DNA of 64,000 nucleotides from the IMG/VR virus record IMGVR_UViG_3300031418_000003. One strand, 5' to 3'. Source of the stretch: a virus. Taxonomy: Duplodnaviria > Caudoviricetes. The position numbers and the translations under genes are program-made. Numbering within the stretch: the stretch's first letter is position 1; each line of letters begins with the position of its first letter. A model generated the notes under the pieces. It saw nothing but the letters and a program-made list of their open reading frames with translations, had not been told where the DNA came from and did not search any database. Positions 1 to 10,051 of this stretch are shown piece after piece.

Positions 1-2175
1 TGCCACAATACCCAACTCACTGGTGTGTACCAGTCCGTTCTTCGACAACCCGGTACCACGATACTGAATAAACTGTGAACCTTCCTGTAGCCACATCTTG
101 TTAATGATGTAAACATTCGGGAAGTCCATGATGTAATCCACGTTTTCAATCAGTGGATGTTTGTTCATCCAGATATCAATTTGACCCGGTTCGATAGGCA
201 ACTGAATACCGCCGATACTCCACTTGAACGTAATACCAAAGCTCAGGGAGTTATCAATGTGAGTCAGGTTGAACTCGTTATAAAGATGTGCGGTGTCAAA
301 CACTACCATCCCTACCCAGTTCACGGTATCAAACTTCCAGACCACATAACCGTTTACAATCTCATATTGAGTATCGTCTCCGGTGATATCAATCCAGTCG
401 CCCACAGGCCAGCCACCCGGTGGTAAATCATTACCATCAGTGTTGGTGTTCTCATCAGCCCGATAGACTTTCAGTTCTCGTCCATTTTCACCGTAAGGGT
501 TCGTGCCATCGGTAGACACTTTGATTTCGTTCTTTGTGATATCAGTTGGGTCGTAATCAGGATCAATCGCCCACTGTGCTTTATAGACACGGAAGCCATA
601 ACCTGTACGTAACTTCACATCAGTTTTGCTGATGATGTAGTCGATCCAGGTGGACGCTTTACCCAATGCCCACTCCACATAGAACGCATCTTCTTGCGGC
701 ATGTACCATTGTTGATTAGTTACATTTACTTTACGAATCAACAGCCCATCTTTGTTGTACTCGTAAGCAGTGGAACTCTCAATAAAGGTAGGTGGGATTT
801 CATACCCCAATCCAGACGTAAATGGCGCAGTCGGGTAGAAGTCATCGAAGTCTGGATCGTCCGGCGTGACATAAGGCATGTACAGCGGTGTGTTGGACAT
901 TGCCACACTGCAACCGTGATAACCCAACCCTTGTCGTACTGTATCGGTAGTCAGCGACTGAATGATACCGTTTAACACAAAGTTAGTCGGTGCATTCTCA
1001 AGGGTCGACGCCTTCCACTCATTCACGTTTGAGTTGGAGCCTGTCATGGCACCCAGAATCAGACCCGGTTCTTCTAACAGATAGAGGTCATTAATACGAC
1101 TTGCAGTTGGACCAACTTCGATTTTCCAACGTGTCTGATGATACGCCACAGTAATCTGCATATCGGACATTTTGGATTTACCCGTGGTGTCCTCTTTAAT
1201 CAGACGTGCGCCCAGGAACTCGATGTAGTCTGCTGCCATGCCGTAGTCTTGATGTGTTAACTGACGCACTGCATCAATGGAGTTACGGTTGAAGTAGTAA
1301 CTCTGTCCGTTACGTTTGTTGGTAATATAGAAACGACAATCCGCGTAATAATGATAGTAACGAGGAAGATCCATAAAACCAGGGAAAAGAATAACTTTTC
1401 TTTTATTATCCAAGATGGATAAGTAATCTGGCATGGTGGTGTAGTCGTAGCTCAGGATCATCCCGACAGAAGGATCATACGTCGCCTCGATTAAATCCCC
1501 TACTTTTACTACAGCCGTTTCAATAGGGACTACTTTACCGTTCTGGTAGAATTGTACCAGACCCATGTCATAAGCTTTCCACGCATTGTAGTTAACTTTA
1601 ACACGTGTGAGGTCATCCGTCTTGGAGTAGAGACTCCCGACATAACCAAAACTGTTTTTCAGGACGTTGTCCGCGGACAAGTTACGCACATTAATATCCG
1701 TCGAGTAACAATGGATATACAAGCTCTTGTCCAACGGCATTGGGAAATTCTTGTTAACAGGAATTGCCACCAACGTTACACCATCAAAGCACGGCATGAT
1801 CAATGTCCCTTCACGAGGGAACATCGTACCGTCTGCTTTATACACGTCAATAGAGACCGCACGGTTTTTAGCGAACGCTGAAGCAGTAACCCAGGTATCG
1901 ACAGGATACCAGCTCTTTCCACGATTTCCGAAATTCCAGAATCCGGTATCAAGTCCACCCATGGTAAAGACATGATAGAAGTTATAGGTCGTCGGCAGAT
2001 ACCGACGTTTACCCATATAAACGAAATCGTTAACGAAGCCTTGTAAGCCAGAGACACGTGCCAGTTTTATCTGGTATTGCGAGGGAAGTTCAGGGTTCCC
2101 CCACATATTGTGAACAGCATAGTCTACAAGTGGGTTATTTTCCTGGGTGTAAGTTTGTTGATAAGCAGTAGACAT
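1..2175 (-). CDS. Virion structural protein (phiKZ gp27-like), truncated by the window edge
   Basis: Absent from the ORF track because it has no stop in the window. Manual translation from ATG 2175 (GGGGT SD upstream) gives MSTAYQQTYTQENNPLVDYAVHNMWGNPE...; the frame is also open at the window end (...KNGLVHTSELGIVA). The middle was not fully translated. Syntenic with the sheath/tube block. Confidence 0.7.
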   Translation of the reverse strand, partial: MSTAYQQTYTQENNPLVDYAVHNMWGNPELPSQYQIKLARVSGLQGFVNDFVYMGKRRYLPTTYNFYHVFTMGGLDTGFWNFGNRGKSWYPVDTWVTASAFAKNRAVSIDVYKADGTMFPREGTLIMPCFDGVTLVAIPVNKNFPMPLDKSLYIHCYSTDINVRNLSADNVLKNSFGYVGSLYSKTDDLTRVKVNYNAWKAYDMGLVQFYQNGKVVPIETAVVKVGDLIEATYDPSVGMILSYDYTTMPDYLSILDNKRKVILFPGFMDLPRYYHYYADCRFYITNKRNGQSYYFNRNSIDAVRQLTHQDYGMAADYIEFLGARLIKEDTTGKSKMSDMQITVAYHQTRWKIEVGPTASRINDLYLLEEPGLILGAMTGSNSNVNEWKASTLENAPTNFVLNGIIQSLTTDTVRQGLGYHGCSVAMSNTPLYMPYVTPDDPDFDDFYPTAPFTSGLGYEIPPTFIESSTAYEYNKDGLLIRKVNVTNQQWYMPQEDAFYVEWALGKASTWIDYIISKTDVKLRTGYGFRVYKAQWAIDPDYDPTDITKNEIKVSTDGTNPYGENGRELKVYRADENTNTDGNDLPPGGWPVGDWIDITGDDTQYEIVNGYVVWKFDTVNWVGMVVFDTAHLYNEFNLTHIDNSLSFGITFKWSIGGIQLPIEPGQIDIWMNKHPLIENVDYIMDFPNVYIINKMWLQEGSQFIQYRGTGLSKNGLVHTSELGIVA

Positions 2176-2201
2176 TTCATTACCCCAAGATAAATACGAA
2201 C

Positions 2202-3077
2202 TTAACGGGCGTTATAATAGAAACCCACGGTCTGAATAAAGTTCGATACTGAACTGTCATTCTTGACATTGAGTTCTTGACCAACACCTGTATTTTGATA
2301 AATCTTTTCTGTTGCTGCACCGTAGCAAATTGCTGTGAACAGGGACGGCATTTCTAATGCTCCACCCATTAACATGCGGAAGCCAGAGGTGGTGAAGAAG
2401 ATAGATGAGCCTGCTGCAATTAAGCCACCCAGGTCTAAGCGAGACAGACTGAATAGTGCGGGGTTAGTTTTGATCGCATTCAGTAAGTCTTCCAGGTTGC
2501 CCAGATACCCCAATTCCTGAATCACGTCTAAGACTTGAGTCTGTGGAATACGCAGGGCGCGATTAATCGCATTCTGACTAATAAAGGTATAGTCAACATT
2601 TGGGTCTTCAAACTGGCAGACATAATAATGTCCCAGAATGATGCGCAGTGTCATCTTCTGAATGATGTCCAGTGTGACAGTACGGGCAAGCGCGTTCCCA
2701 AAGGCATTAGCAAATGCTTTTAAGGTATGTGGACGCACCGTTTTAATCAGGCTGGTATTTCCACGTTGCAAGTCCTGCTGTAATATAGAGGCGAGCAACA
2801 TAACGTTGTACTCAGGAACGTTGATGTTTTTACCTGCTGAATTAAAGTAGGTACGCTGATCAAGTACTGTTACTGGTTCTCGTTTGTAATTATAAACTGA
2901 AATTGGAAAGACGAATTTAGGCAATCCAAAATCATTTTTATGATCAACGCCAAAGACACCACGATTGTCGATTTGATCGAGCCGTTGGGTACTTTGGAGT
3001 AGCTTTATTGTTTCAGCCACTTTATCCTTGATTCTGAATTTACTACCCACGGTAGTATCATAACCATTTACAATCAT
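2202..3077 (-). CDS. Virion structural protein (phiKZ gp28-like)
   Basis: 291-aa ORF divergent from the sheath gene; conserved position in phiKZ-related phages. Confidence 0.6.
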   Translation of the reverse strand: MIVNGYDTTVGSKFRIKDKVAETIKLLQSTQRLDQIDNRGVFGVDHKNDFGLPKFVFPISVYNYKREPVTVLDQRTYFNSAGKNINVPEYNVMLLASILQQDLQRGNTSLIKTVRPHTLKAFANAFGNALARTVTLDIIQKMTLRIILGHYYVCQFEDPNVDYTFISQNAINRALRIPQTQVLDVIQELGYLGNLEDLLNAIKTNPALFSLSRLDLGGLIAAGSSIFFTTSGFRMLMGGALEMPSLFTAICYGAATEKIYQNTGVGQELNVKNDSSVSNFIQTVGFYYNAR

Positions 3078-3094
3078 GTCTCTAGTCCTGAAAT

Positions 3095-3103
3095 AATGTT
3101 ATG
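3095..3103 (+). promoter_or_regulatory. Candidate late promoter (AATGTTATG, TATG core)
   Basis: The identical 9-mer lies upstream of another + strand virion gene (49145-49153); phiKZ late promoters have a TATG core. Confidence 0.35.
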
Positions 3104-3184
3104 CGTGTTAACGTTAACTGTCATGCCCGATTTTTGGGTCATACGATTGATTTTTTTGATCAAAAAAATTAATGAGGTAGTACT

Positions 3185-5401
3185 ATGGATACTTTTTCCA
3201 AAGTGATACCAGGTAAAGTCGTCAATAACGGTATTGTAAGTCGAGAGACTTTTTCAAGTACGGTCCCCGTTGTTTCTTCACCTGCTCACTTTCCGGACTT
3301 TGCGGCCGTAACGCCTAAAGGCGCTACCAAGCACGGTACGGTGTCAATGGCATCTTTCTCCGAGAAGTTCGGGGATGTCACTGACGCATTCGGGCTGTAT
3401 TATAACCCGGTGACTTTTGCAATCTCCAAATTAGGCGACGCAGCACAAGCTTCGTTTGGCTTTAAACGTCTGGTAAATAACAGTGTGAAATCACGCATCA
3501 TTGCCGGTGTTGTAATCTTCAGCGGTGAAGTTGCTAACTACAATCGTGATCCGTTAACGGGCGATTATGTGTTTAACGATGCCGGTGATCCGATTGTCAA
3601 CACTGAAACTCCAACCATTACTGGTAAGTGGGTTTGTCCGGCAGTTCTGAAAAGTACCGGTGATGTGGGCGATAAGAAACCTTTCGAGGTAACGTCTGAT
3701 GCAACCACTCCGGGTATCCCTGAAGGGACAGTAGGTAAATTCTGGCCGCTGAAAGAACTGGTCTCCGGAATCGGTGACTACTATAATAGTAGCTATGCTG
3801 CTTTCGGTCACAAAACCCTGACTGACTGGAATGCGGTGACTGAGTTCATCGAAGCCAATGGTGCGTATCCATTCATCCTGAATATCGGTACTGTTACCGA
3901 TGCGGGTCTGCGTGTTCCTGCTGCAACCATCAACGGCACACCGGATACCACATTCACTATGTTTGATGTCGTCTCCAGTGAAAACGTTCGTTACAGCTTG
4001 AAAGCTGCGGTGGATTCTTACACCGGTAACAACGTTAACCGTCAGGTTGAAACGGTTGATTCCCCGTTCAGTGAAAGCTACGTTTATGCGAATAACGTAA
4101 ACGCAGTGGCCAAAGAACTGTATGATGCAGAGTACGGTGCCGGTGTTGAGGTAGCTCCAGTAGTTTCCTCTAAGCGTCTGCCGAAATATGCGATCATGAA
4201 CATGTGGGATTTGGTTAACCATAACGGTGTACCGTACAAACACATTGTGTTCGGTGGTAACATTGCTCTGACTACCCAGACTAACACCCTGACCGGTACG
4301 CGCATCAGTCTGAACCACTACCTGCAATCTAACGGCGGCATCAATCCGTTCGCAGATAATGACGGTAAGTACCCAGCAGCGCCAACAACCTGGAATGCCA
4401 ATAAGTACGGCGCTTGGGTTGTTGACAATACTGATCCTGATGCCATCATCTCTCAAGCCCAGTGCTGGGAAATGAACCAGATGCTGATCGAAGCGTGGTT
4501 GACCGAATATAAAGCATCTCTGGATATCAAAGATGTTATTCGCAACCGTGTCTCTTTCTTCTGGGACGTGGGTTACAAACAGTCTATCAAGAACCTGCTG
4601 ATCAACATGATGTCTGTCCGTAAAGACTTCATTGTTGTTCCGTGTGCGACCGAGTGGCTGGTTGATAAGACCCAGGACGAGATCTACTCTACTGCAGTTA
4701 TGCTGAATACTCGTATTAGCATGATTCCAGAGTCAGAGATCTATCAGTCTCACGCCTGTCGTGCAGCGATCAACCTGTGGAACGCTCGTTACATTGATGA
4801 GCCAACCTGGGGTCGCTTCAGCCTGAACATCGATCTGATGTATGCGTTCGCGCTGGCTGGCGGTGGTGAAGACGGTCGCATGTTCAAGGCTCAGATGCCT
4901 GATCATGAAGGTAACCGTATCCTGCGTATTGCGCATGATCCGTTTGTGCAGTTCGAGGCAGACAATCCTGCTGCCAACAACCTGATCAACGGTAACATCA
5001 CTGTTACTCCGATCAACGAATCTCAGTTCTGCCGTCCAGCTCTGCCAACTGTTTATGACAACATCAACAGCGTACTGAAAGATCTGACCAACGTGTGGAA
5101 ATGCGTCTGCGTTGAGAAGATTCTGGCAGATCAGTGGATCCAGGTTTCTGGTGATACCCAGCTGGGCAAAGAAGGTTATCTGTCTACGGTTAAAGACAAT
5201 GCTGAAACATTGATCCGCGATCGTTTCGGCTCTGTGATTTCCAACTGGGAAGTTGTGACTTCGTTCCTTGAAGATTCACCAACTTCTAAATCCAAAATGT
5301 ACGCAACGACCAAACTGTGGTTCGGTAAAGGTTACTACATGCTGGATTCCGTGCTGGAAGCTTACAACGAAGATAGCCTGGCAACCACTCAAGCAGCGTG
5401 A
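3185..5401 (+). CDS. Tail sheath protein (phiKZ gp29-like)
   Basis: 738 aa, GAGG SD, N-terminal PGKVVNNGI, C-terminal sheath-like FFWDVGY region, followed by a tube-sized gene. Confidence 0.85.
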   Translation: MDTFSKVIPGKVVNNGIVSRETFSSTVPVVSSPAHFPDFAAVTPKGATKHGTVSMASFSEKFGDVTDAFGLYYNPVTFAISKLGDAAQASFGFKRLVNNSVKSRIIAGVVIFSGEVANYNRDPLTGDYVFNDAGDPIVNTETPTITGKWVCPAVLKSTGDVGDKKPFEVTSDATTPGIPEGTVGKFWPLKELVSGIGDYYNSSYAAFGHKTLTDWNAVTEFIEANGAYPFILNIGTVTDAGLRVPAATINGTPDTTFTMFDVVSSENVRYSLKAAVDSYTGNNVNRQVETVDSPFSESYVYANNVNAVAKELYDAEYGAGVEVAPVVSSKRLPKYAIMNMWDLVNHNGVPYKHIVFGGNIALTTQTNTLTGTRISLNHYLQSNGGINPFADNDGKYPAAPTTWNANKYGAWVVDNTDPDAIISQAQCWEMNQMLIEAWLTEYKASLDIKDVIRNRVSFFWDVGYKQSIKNLLINMMSVRKDFIVVPCATEWLVDKTQDEIYSTAVMLNTRISMIPESEIYQSHACRAAINLWNARYIDEPTWGRFSLNIDLMYAFALAGGGEDGRMFKAQMPDHEGNRILRIAHDPFVQFEADNPAANNLINGNITVTPINESQFCRPALPTVYDNINSVLKDLTNVWKCVCVEKILADQWIQVSGDTQLGKEGYLSTVKDNAETLIRDRFGSVISNWEVVTSFLEDSPTSKSKMYATTKLWFGKGYYMLDSVLEAYNEDSLATTQAA

Positions 5402-5414
5402 TAAGGAATAAGAA

Positions 5415-6317
5415 ATGAGCACTAACTTTCCGCATCGCGATAACCTGACCTTGATGCCGGGTAACTCTGAATTCAAACGTGCATTCGACATTGGTAACAC
5501 ACCAGTCATCAATGCGGCTGCCGGTGGTCAATATGGTTTCGCACCAAATAACTTCCGTTACGTTTCAGAGCAACCTTACGTATCACAGCGTCCTTATTGC
5601 GTAAACTTGTCAACACCGTCTGCGTTCAGCGCACTGCCAGCGGGTGCTGAGCTTCATGGTCTGCTTCGTGCATACATGGAAACTCGTAGCCGTAACTGGG
5701 GTGGACTGACTTCACGTACGACTGTTGATTACCATGACATTACTTGGGCCGGTGGTTCTACACTGAGCTTCCCGGTAGGGTCAAGCCGTCAGTACGGTTC
5801 GGTCACTCACATGGCACTGGATCCAGAAGGCGAGTCCTTCTCCAAGCTGTTTGATACCTGGATCGATTACCTGTTGAATGACCCGGTGATTCGTCATCCG
5901 AAAATCATCACTCTGAACTATACGGGTGAACTGCTTCTGGATGAGATCTCTATGAGCTCGGTGTACTTTGAACCGACTCGTAACTGGCAGGATGTGCGTC
6001 ACGCATTTATCTGTCTGGGTCAGATGCCTAAAGAAGGTCCGAACTATGAATTTGGCTTTGACGTCGACAACGGCTCAGGTGCAGTTCGTGAAATCAGTAC
6101 TGAATTTACTGGTCTGATTGAGTTCGATACCCTGGCTGCTAAACAGATCGCCCGTGCTGTAATGAAGCGTATGCCTCTTTACAACCCAGCCGGTCGTGCA
6201 GCACCATCAGGCTTCCTGCAACCTACTGCTATCCTGCAGGGTCTGCAGAACAACGGTCTGGCTTCACTGATGAACGCTGATGCTCGTCAGATTGCTGATC
6301 CGAAGTACATGGGTTAA
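5415..6317 (+). CDS. Tail tube protein (phiKZ gp30-like)
   Basis: 300 aa directly after the sheath, AAGGA SD; GGQYGFAPN and YFEPT motifs resemble phiKZ-type tubes. Confidence 0.8.
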   Translation: MSTNFPHRDNLTLMPGNSEFKRAFDIGNTPVINAAAGGQYGFAPNNFRYVSEQPYVSQRPYCVNLSTPSAFSALPAGAELHGLLRAYMETRSRNWGGLTSRTTVDYHDITWAGGSTLSFPVGSSRQYGSVTHMALDPEGESFSKLFDTWIDYLLNDPVIRHPKIITLNYTGELLLDEISMSSVYFEPTRNWQDVRHAFICLGQMPKEGPNYEFGFDVDNGSGAVREISTEFTGLIEFDTLAAKQIARAVMKRMPLYNPAGRAAPSGFLQPTAILQGLQNNGLASLMNADARQIADPKYMG

Positions 6318-6343
6318 GTCAAAAAAAAATACAAACAGTATTT

Positions 6344-6375
6344 ACTCCTACTCACCTGGAAGGGTGAGTAGGAGT
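6344..6375. terminator. Probably bidirectional terminator hairpin between convergent genes
   Basis: 13-bp stem ACTCCTACTCACC/GGTGAGTAGGAGT; A9 at 6321-6329 on one side and TTTTGTTTG on the other. Confidence 0.85.
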
Positions 6376-6383
6376 TTTGTTTG

Positions 6384-6797
6384 CTATGCGTTTCTAATGT
6401 AGCACTTTAACTTCAACTGAATCTCAGATAACGCTTTCCCATTAACCGGATCAAACGCCAATAACAAAGCGGGATCCTTCATGTTCTTGAAATCGAACAG
6501 GTACCTGGAAAGACGACTGGTTTTATACCGAGACATGAAATGTTCGACTTGTTCTATGTTCTTATCACCGAAGCACGAGGGGAATGTGATTCTCTCAACC
6601 TTTCCTCGCCACCGGTAAGTACACATGCGGGTATTTGGATTTCCAGTAACAATGATCTTTCGGTCATTGTAGTGAATAACAAAACCTTCACTGGTCTCCA
6701 GATGAGTTACCTTACTCTTCTTTACTCCGCACATGACATGCCCTATTCCCATCGCCATCAGAAACAGAGCAAAGATAAGTAAAGCTGTTAACATCAT
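6384..6797 (-). CDS. Hypothetical membrane-anchored protein
   Basis: 137 aa, hydrophobic N-terminus (MMLTALLIFALFLMAMGIG); start overlaps the upstream stop. Confidence 0.6.
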   Translation of the reverse strand: MMLTALLIFALFLMAMGIGHVMCGVKKSKVTHLETSEGFVIHYNDRKIIVTGNPNTRMCTYRWRGKVERITFPSCFGDKNIEQVEHFMSRYKTSRLSRYLFDFKNMKDPALLLAFDPVNGKALSEIQLKLKCYIRNA

Positions 6798-7276
6798 CGT
6801 TTTAACAATACCCTTAATAATAAGTTTCTTTTAAATTCACGATATAGAGAAAGATCCTCTTTGGTAAGCAATAACCCTTTGAGTTTCGTTTCTTCTATAA
6901 CGCCTTCTGTTAAAGAGATAAAGTTTTCATGCACCCCTTCCAGGTGTTTAATGAGTCGCACGTAATCACGAAACGACGCATCGGCTGGAAGTTGGATAAA
7001 CAGATGTCTTTCCCCTTTGACAAAATAGCTCGGTGAATCAACATTCTCATTGTACAGGATGTCGAGAACCCAATGTCGTGATCGTTCATCAATAAGAGAC
7101 AGATGGAAACGATTAACCAATACTTGATGCCAGCTAAACTTCTGAGAGGCAGCGGGAACATCTCGAACCCACCACCAACCTCCTCCGCCTATGATAGCAA
7201 ATATTGTCAACATTGTGACTCCCAACAATAGCCAGTCAGTTGGGTTGCGTAACACTACCTCCTCCCAGAGTAACAT
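6794..7276 (-). CDS. Hypothetical membrane-anchored protein
   Basis: 160 aa, N-terminal TM segment ending in GGGGWWWW. Confidence 0.6.
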   Translation of the reverse strand: MLLWEEVVLRNPTDWLLLGVTMLTIFAIIGGGGWWWVRDVPAASQKFSWHQVLVNRFHLSLIDERSRHWVLDILYNENVDSPSYFVKGERHLFIQLPADASFRDYVRLIKHLEGVHENFISLTEGVIEETKLKGLLLTKEDLSLYREFKRNLLLRVLLKR

Positions 7277-7961
7277 AGGTTTCTCTGATCAGTTCCAGCG
7301 TGCTCTTTTCATCGTACAATTTCTCAGAGAAATCATCCCATTCCTTCTTAAAGAAATCCATGCCAATCTCTGGATAACTCTTCCAGTGATAACCTTCAGC
7401 ACCAAATTTCTCCAACAGATGTTTATACACGTCCTCCACAACGTGTAATTCTTCCATATTTTTCTTGAGACGGAATTGAACTGCACGACGTACATACTTG
7501 GCAAAATCTGGTGCACCACTGTCTGCCACACTGACAATGGAACTGATCAGACTACTTGGTTTATAGTGATTAGAACTGCGGTGTTCCAAGACCGCGGTCG
7601 CGATAGTCATTACTTCATCATCATTAAATTCATCAGGCCAAAGACGACCGAGTAATTCGTATGTGAGTCCGTAACCTATCAAATGATGCTGGCTTCTCTC
7701 ATAACGACAACCAATGTCATGAAGAAGACAGGCAACATAGACGAGTAACGTATCCCGTTCCCCTAAATGAAGATCCCCACAGATTTCTTTACCGAGGCGA
7801 CAGACGTCTTTCACGTGGCCCAGGTTGTGTGCTGGATCATTCAGAGAAATGGAATAAATACAATGACGAAGGAATTCCTTTTGGATACGGTAATCAAAAA
7901 GCCTAGCCCACTCCTGATCTTCCCGAACCCGTTCCTCATCTAAAGTAAGTGTGTTTTCCAT
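7236..7961 (-). CDS. HD-domain phosphohydrolase
   Basis: Motifs AHNLGHV...ACLLHDIG...HH...EH...VAD match the HD superfamily pattern. Confidence 0.85.
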   Translation of the reverse strand: MENTLTLDEERVREDQEWARLFDYRIQKEFLRHCIYSISLNDPAHNLGHVKDVCRLGKEICGDLHLGERDTLLVYVACLLHDIGCRYERSQHHLIGYGLTYELLGRLWPDEFNDDEVMTIATAVLEHRSSNHYKPSSLISSIVSVADSGAPDFAKYVRRAVQFRLKKNMEELHVVEDVYKHLLEKFGAEGYHWKSYPEIGMDFFKKEWDDFSEKLYDEKSTLELIRETYVTLGGGSVTQPN

Positions 7962-8000
7962 TTAAGGTTTCCTTAAATAACTGTATTAGGTATCACCATA

Positions 8001-8015
8001 ATAATATCGGTCTAA
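8001..8015 (-). promoter_or_regulatory. Early promoter motif copy (TTAGACCGATATTAT)
   Basis: One of seven copies of TnAG-N3-(G/T)AYATTAT upstream of minus-strand accessory genes. Confidence 0.7.
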
Positions 8016-8054
8016 TTATTATTTTAATGAAAAAAAAAGAATGAAGATAGAGAA

Positions 8055-8080
8055 GGTAGAGAGCTTACTCGCTCTCTACC
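8055..8080 (-). terminator. Terminator hairpin
   Basis: 10-bp stem GGTAGAGAGC/GCTCTCTACC; A9 at 8030-8038. Confidence 0.8.
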
Positions 8081-8092
8081 CACAAAGGATTG

Positions 8093-8764
8093 TTACTGTG
8101 GCTTCTCAGCGACAACCAAATGCTCACCATTGAGATTTAATTGCATGCCGGTACATTTACTTGGAGTATCCGGCAAAGCCTTTACAAGTTGTTCTACGGT
8201 GAATAGGGGAGACCATGCAATACCCCGGTAGACACCGTCCTGATCTGATTTATCAATGACAAAAGCAAGAACCGTATCTTTAGGTAGCGAGGCGGCTTTA
8301 TTTAATCCATCGATGAAATCAGTATCCCCATTTGCTGTAGAGAATACCGGATCTTGATCTTCATCGGCCTCACGAATATCCGTCACACCAGGACGATATT
8401 TCATGATAGAGATTTCAAGATTACCACGAGGGATATACCCGTCATCATTTTTGATGTCATAAGTGATACCTACTGCGTTAGCCCGGATATCGCAAACTAA
8501 TGCCACACCTTCTTTTCTTTTGTCGCTAATCGTGCCAATGCCGATGGCATAAATATTCTCAGCCATTTTCATATGACGGATTGAAACTTTCTTGGCTACA
8601 TCGCCTTTATGAATAATTTCTCCGTATGAGTCAGCTTCAGAATATTTGGACAGTTCCTTTTGAGACTGCTGATTGCCGGACATGTCGATCACTTTGTTCT
8701 TGTCGTCACAACCAACCACTAAGAACACCACAAACATCATGAATACCACCAAAACCTTTTTCAT
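8093..8764 (-). CDS. Lipoprotein, exported paralog family member 5
   Basis: MKK + hydrophobic stretch + VVGC lipobox; internal LVCD...VGITY motif and C-terminal Cys. Confidence 0.75.
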   Translation of the reverse strand: MKKVLVVFMMFVVFLVVGCDDKNKVIDMSGNQQSQKELSKYSEADSYGEIIHKGDVAKKVSIRHMKMAENIYAIGIGTISDKRKEGVALVCDIRANAVGITYDIKNDDGYIPRGNLEISIMKYRPGVTDIREADEDQDPVFSTANGDTDFIDGLNKAASLPKDTVLAFVIDKSDQDGVYRGIAWSPLFTVEQLVKALPDTPSKCTGMQLNLNGEHLVVAEKPQ

Positions 8765-8787
8765 TACTTTTCCTTATAAAAGAAGAA

Positions 8788-8820
8788 TAACTCTACTCTC
8801 CTAATCGGAGAGTAGAGTTA
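8788..8820 (-). terminator. Terminator hairpin
   Basis: 14-bp stem TAACTCTACTCTCC/GGAGAGTAGAGTTA. Confidence 0.8.
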
Positions 8821-8822
8821 GT

Positions 8823-9404
8823 TTATTGTACTTGAACGCTTGAGCAAGGGCTTGATTGTAACGTTGACTGTGAAATAAGAGAAACAACTTCCACAGGAAT
8901 GTATACAATCGATTTGGATGCGCGAGCACCTTCCAGTGTCTTTGCTACAGTAAAGACGTAGTGATTATAGTTCTGAGCACCGGCGTCCTTTAATTGGAGC
9001 GCGGTAATCATGAATGCATCACCCACTGGTACCTTATCAGAAGACGGCTTAATGTCGCGCCAGCCCGATGGAAGGATAGGGTCACGTTTAGTTTTTGCGA
9101 AGTTGAAGAAGATCCGTGTTGCTGCCGGCGGATTCTTTTTATCAAGACTCAATACACTCCAGGAGTATCCACTGTGTGCAGTTTTTGGGTCATTACAACG
9201 CATCTCGACTTTGGCATTAAGATCAGGGATGTCGAACGAAAGTGGAAGAACAATGTCTGTCGATGTCTGATCCGGAGACACTACCTTTGCTACTTCAGGA
9301 TTCTTATCTCTATCCAACACACCGGTTGGTCCAGAGAAAACTCCTATCACAATCACCGTGGTAATTGCGACCAGTCCCCAATGCCATTTAGACATACTCT
9401 TCAT
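8823..9404 (-). CDS. Membrane-anchored exported protein, paralog member 4
   Basis: N-terminal TM/signal anchor; VEMRCND motif and C-terminal Cys. Confidence 0.7.
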   Translation of the reverse strand: MKSMSKWHWGLVAITTVIVIGVFSGPTGVLDRDKNPEVAKVVSPDQTSTDIVLPLSFDIPDLNAKVEMRCNDPKTAHSGYSWSVLSLDKKNPPAATRIFFNFAKTKRDPILPSGWRDIKPSSDKVPVGDAFMITALQLKDAGAQNYNHYVFTVAKTLEGARASKSIVYIPVEVVSLISQSTLQSSPCSSVQVQ

Positions 9405-9418
9405 GTATCACTTTCCAA

Positions 9419-10051
9419 TCAGATTGAATCAGTGAGATTCTTCAGTGGGTAAACAGAAACTGCACCCCCATTAATACCGCATCCCTGCACATCTGGATAT
9501 TTATCCATCGCTGTTAAAATCTTATCCAGATATCCACTTGAAAGCAACATGGTGTGCGCAATTGGCGACTGCCCAATGCCGTTGTTGGTTTCAAAGAACT
9601 CAAAGGAGATAAACCCTACCCCATTGAGCTTTTTCAGTCGATTAAAGGAGGTACGCAAATTATCCTTATCTTTGGTGCTGTCAAAGACTTTAACGTCACC
9701 GCCGTGTTTATAACCCGCATCTGGACCATCATAAACATTCACCAGAAATCCAGTCGCACCTTTGGCTTTTCCGCCTGTGGTGTCGTCCAGGTAATAGAAT
9801 GCCGTGATAGTCTGCTGGGTGGTATCACATTGTAAGATTACCCGCTGCGTGGTATTCGTTGCTTTGTTCTTCAGTGTCAAAGTAACGTCGGCAATGCCAT
9901 CCATTACTTTATCGCCAGAGACGGACGCCAGGTCAGCAACCAGTGCCGGTTGTTTGACATCTTCTTTCACGTCATAAGACGCAGCTTGAACTACCGTGGC
10001 GTAACCACACAGACTGACGCACAGTGCAATCAGAAACTTATTGATTTTCAT
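9419..10051 (-). CDS. Secreted protein, paralog member 3
   Basis: Signal peptide ending VQA; VILQCD...ITAFY; C-terminal Cys. Confidence 0.75.
   Translation of the reverse strand: MKINKFLIALCVSLCGYATVVQAASYDVKEDVKQPALVADLASVSGDKVMDGIADVTLTLKNKATNTTQRVILQCDTTQQTITAFYYLDDTTGGKAKGATGFLVNVYDGPDAGYKHGGDVKVFDSTKDKDNLRTSFNRLKKLNGVGFISFEFFETNNGIGQSPIAHTMLLSSGYLDKILTAMDKYPDVQGCGINGGAVSVYPLKNLTDSI

Noticed and set aside
3554-4456. 300-aa antisense ORF inside the sheath gene
   Set aside because: Shadow ORF fully overlapping a clear core gene; expected from codon bias; no SD or motif.
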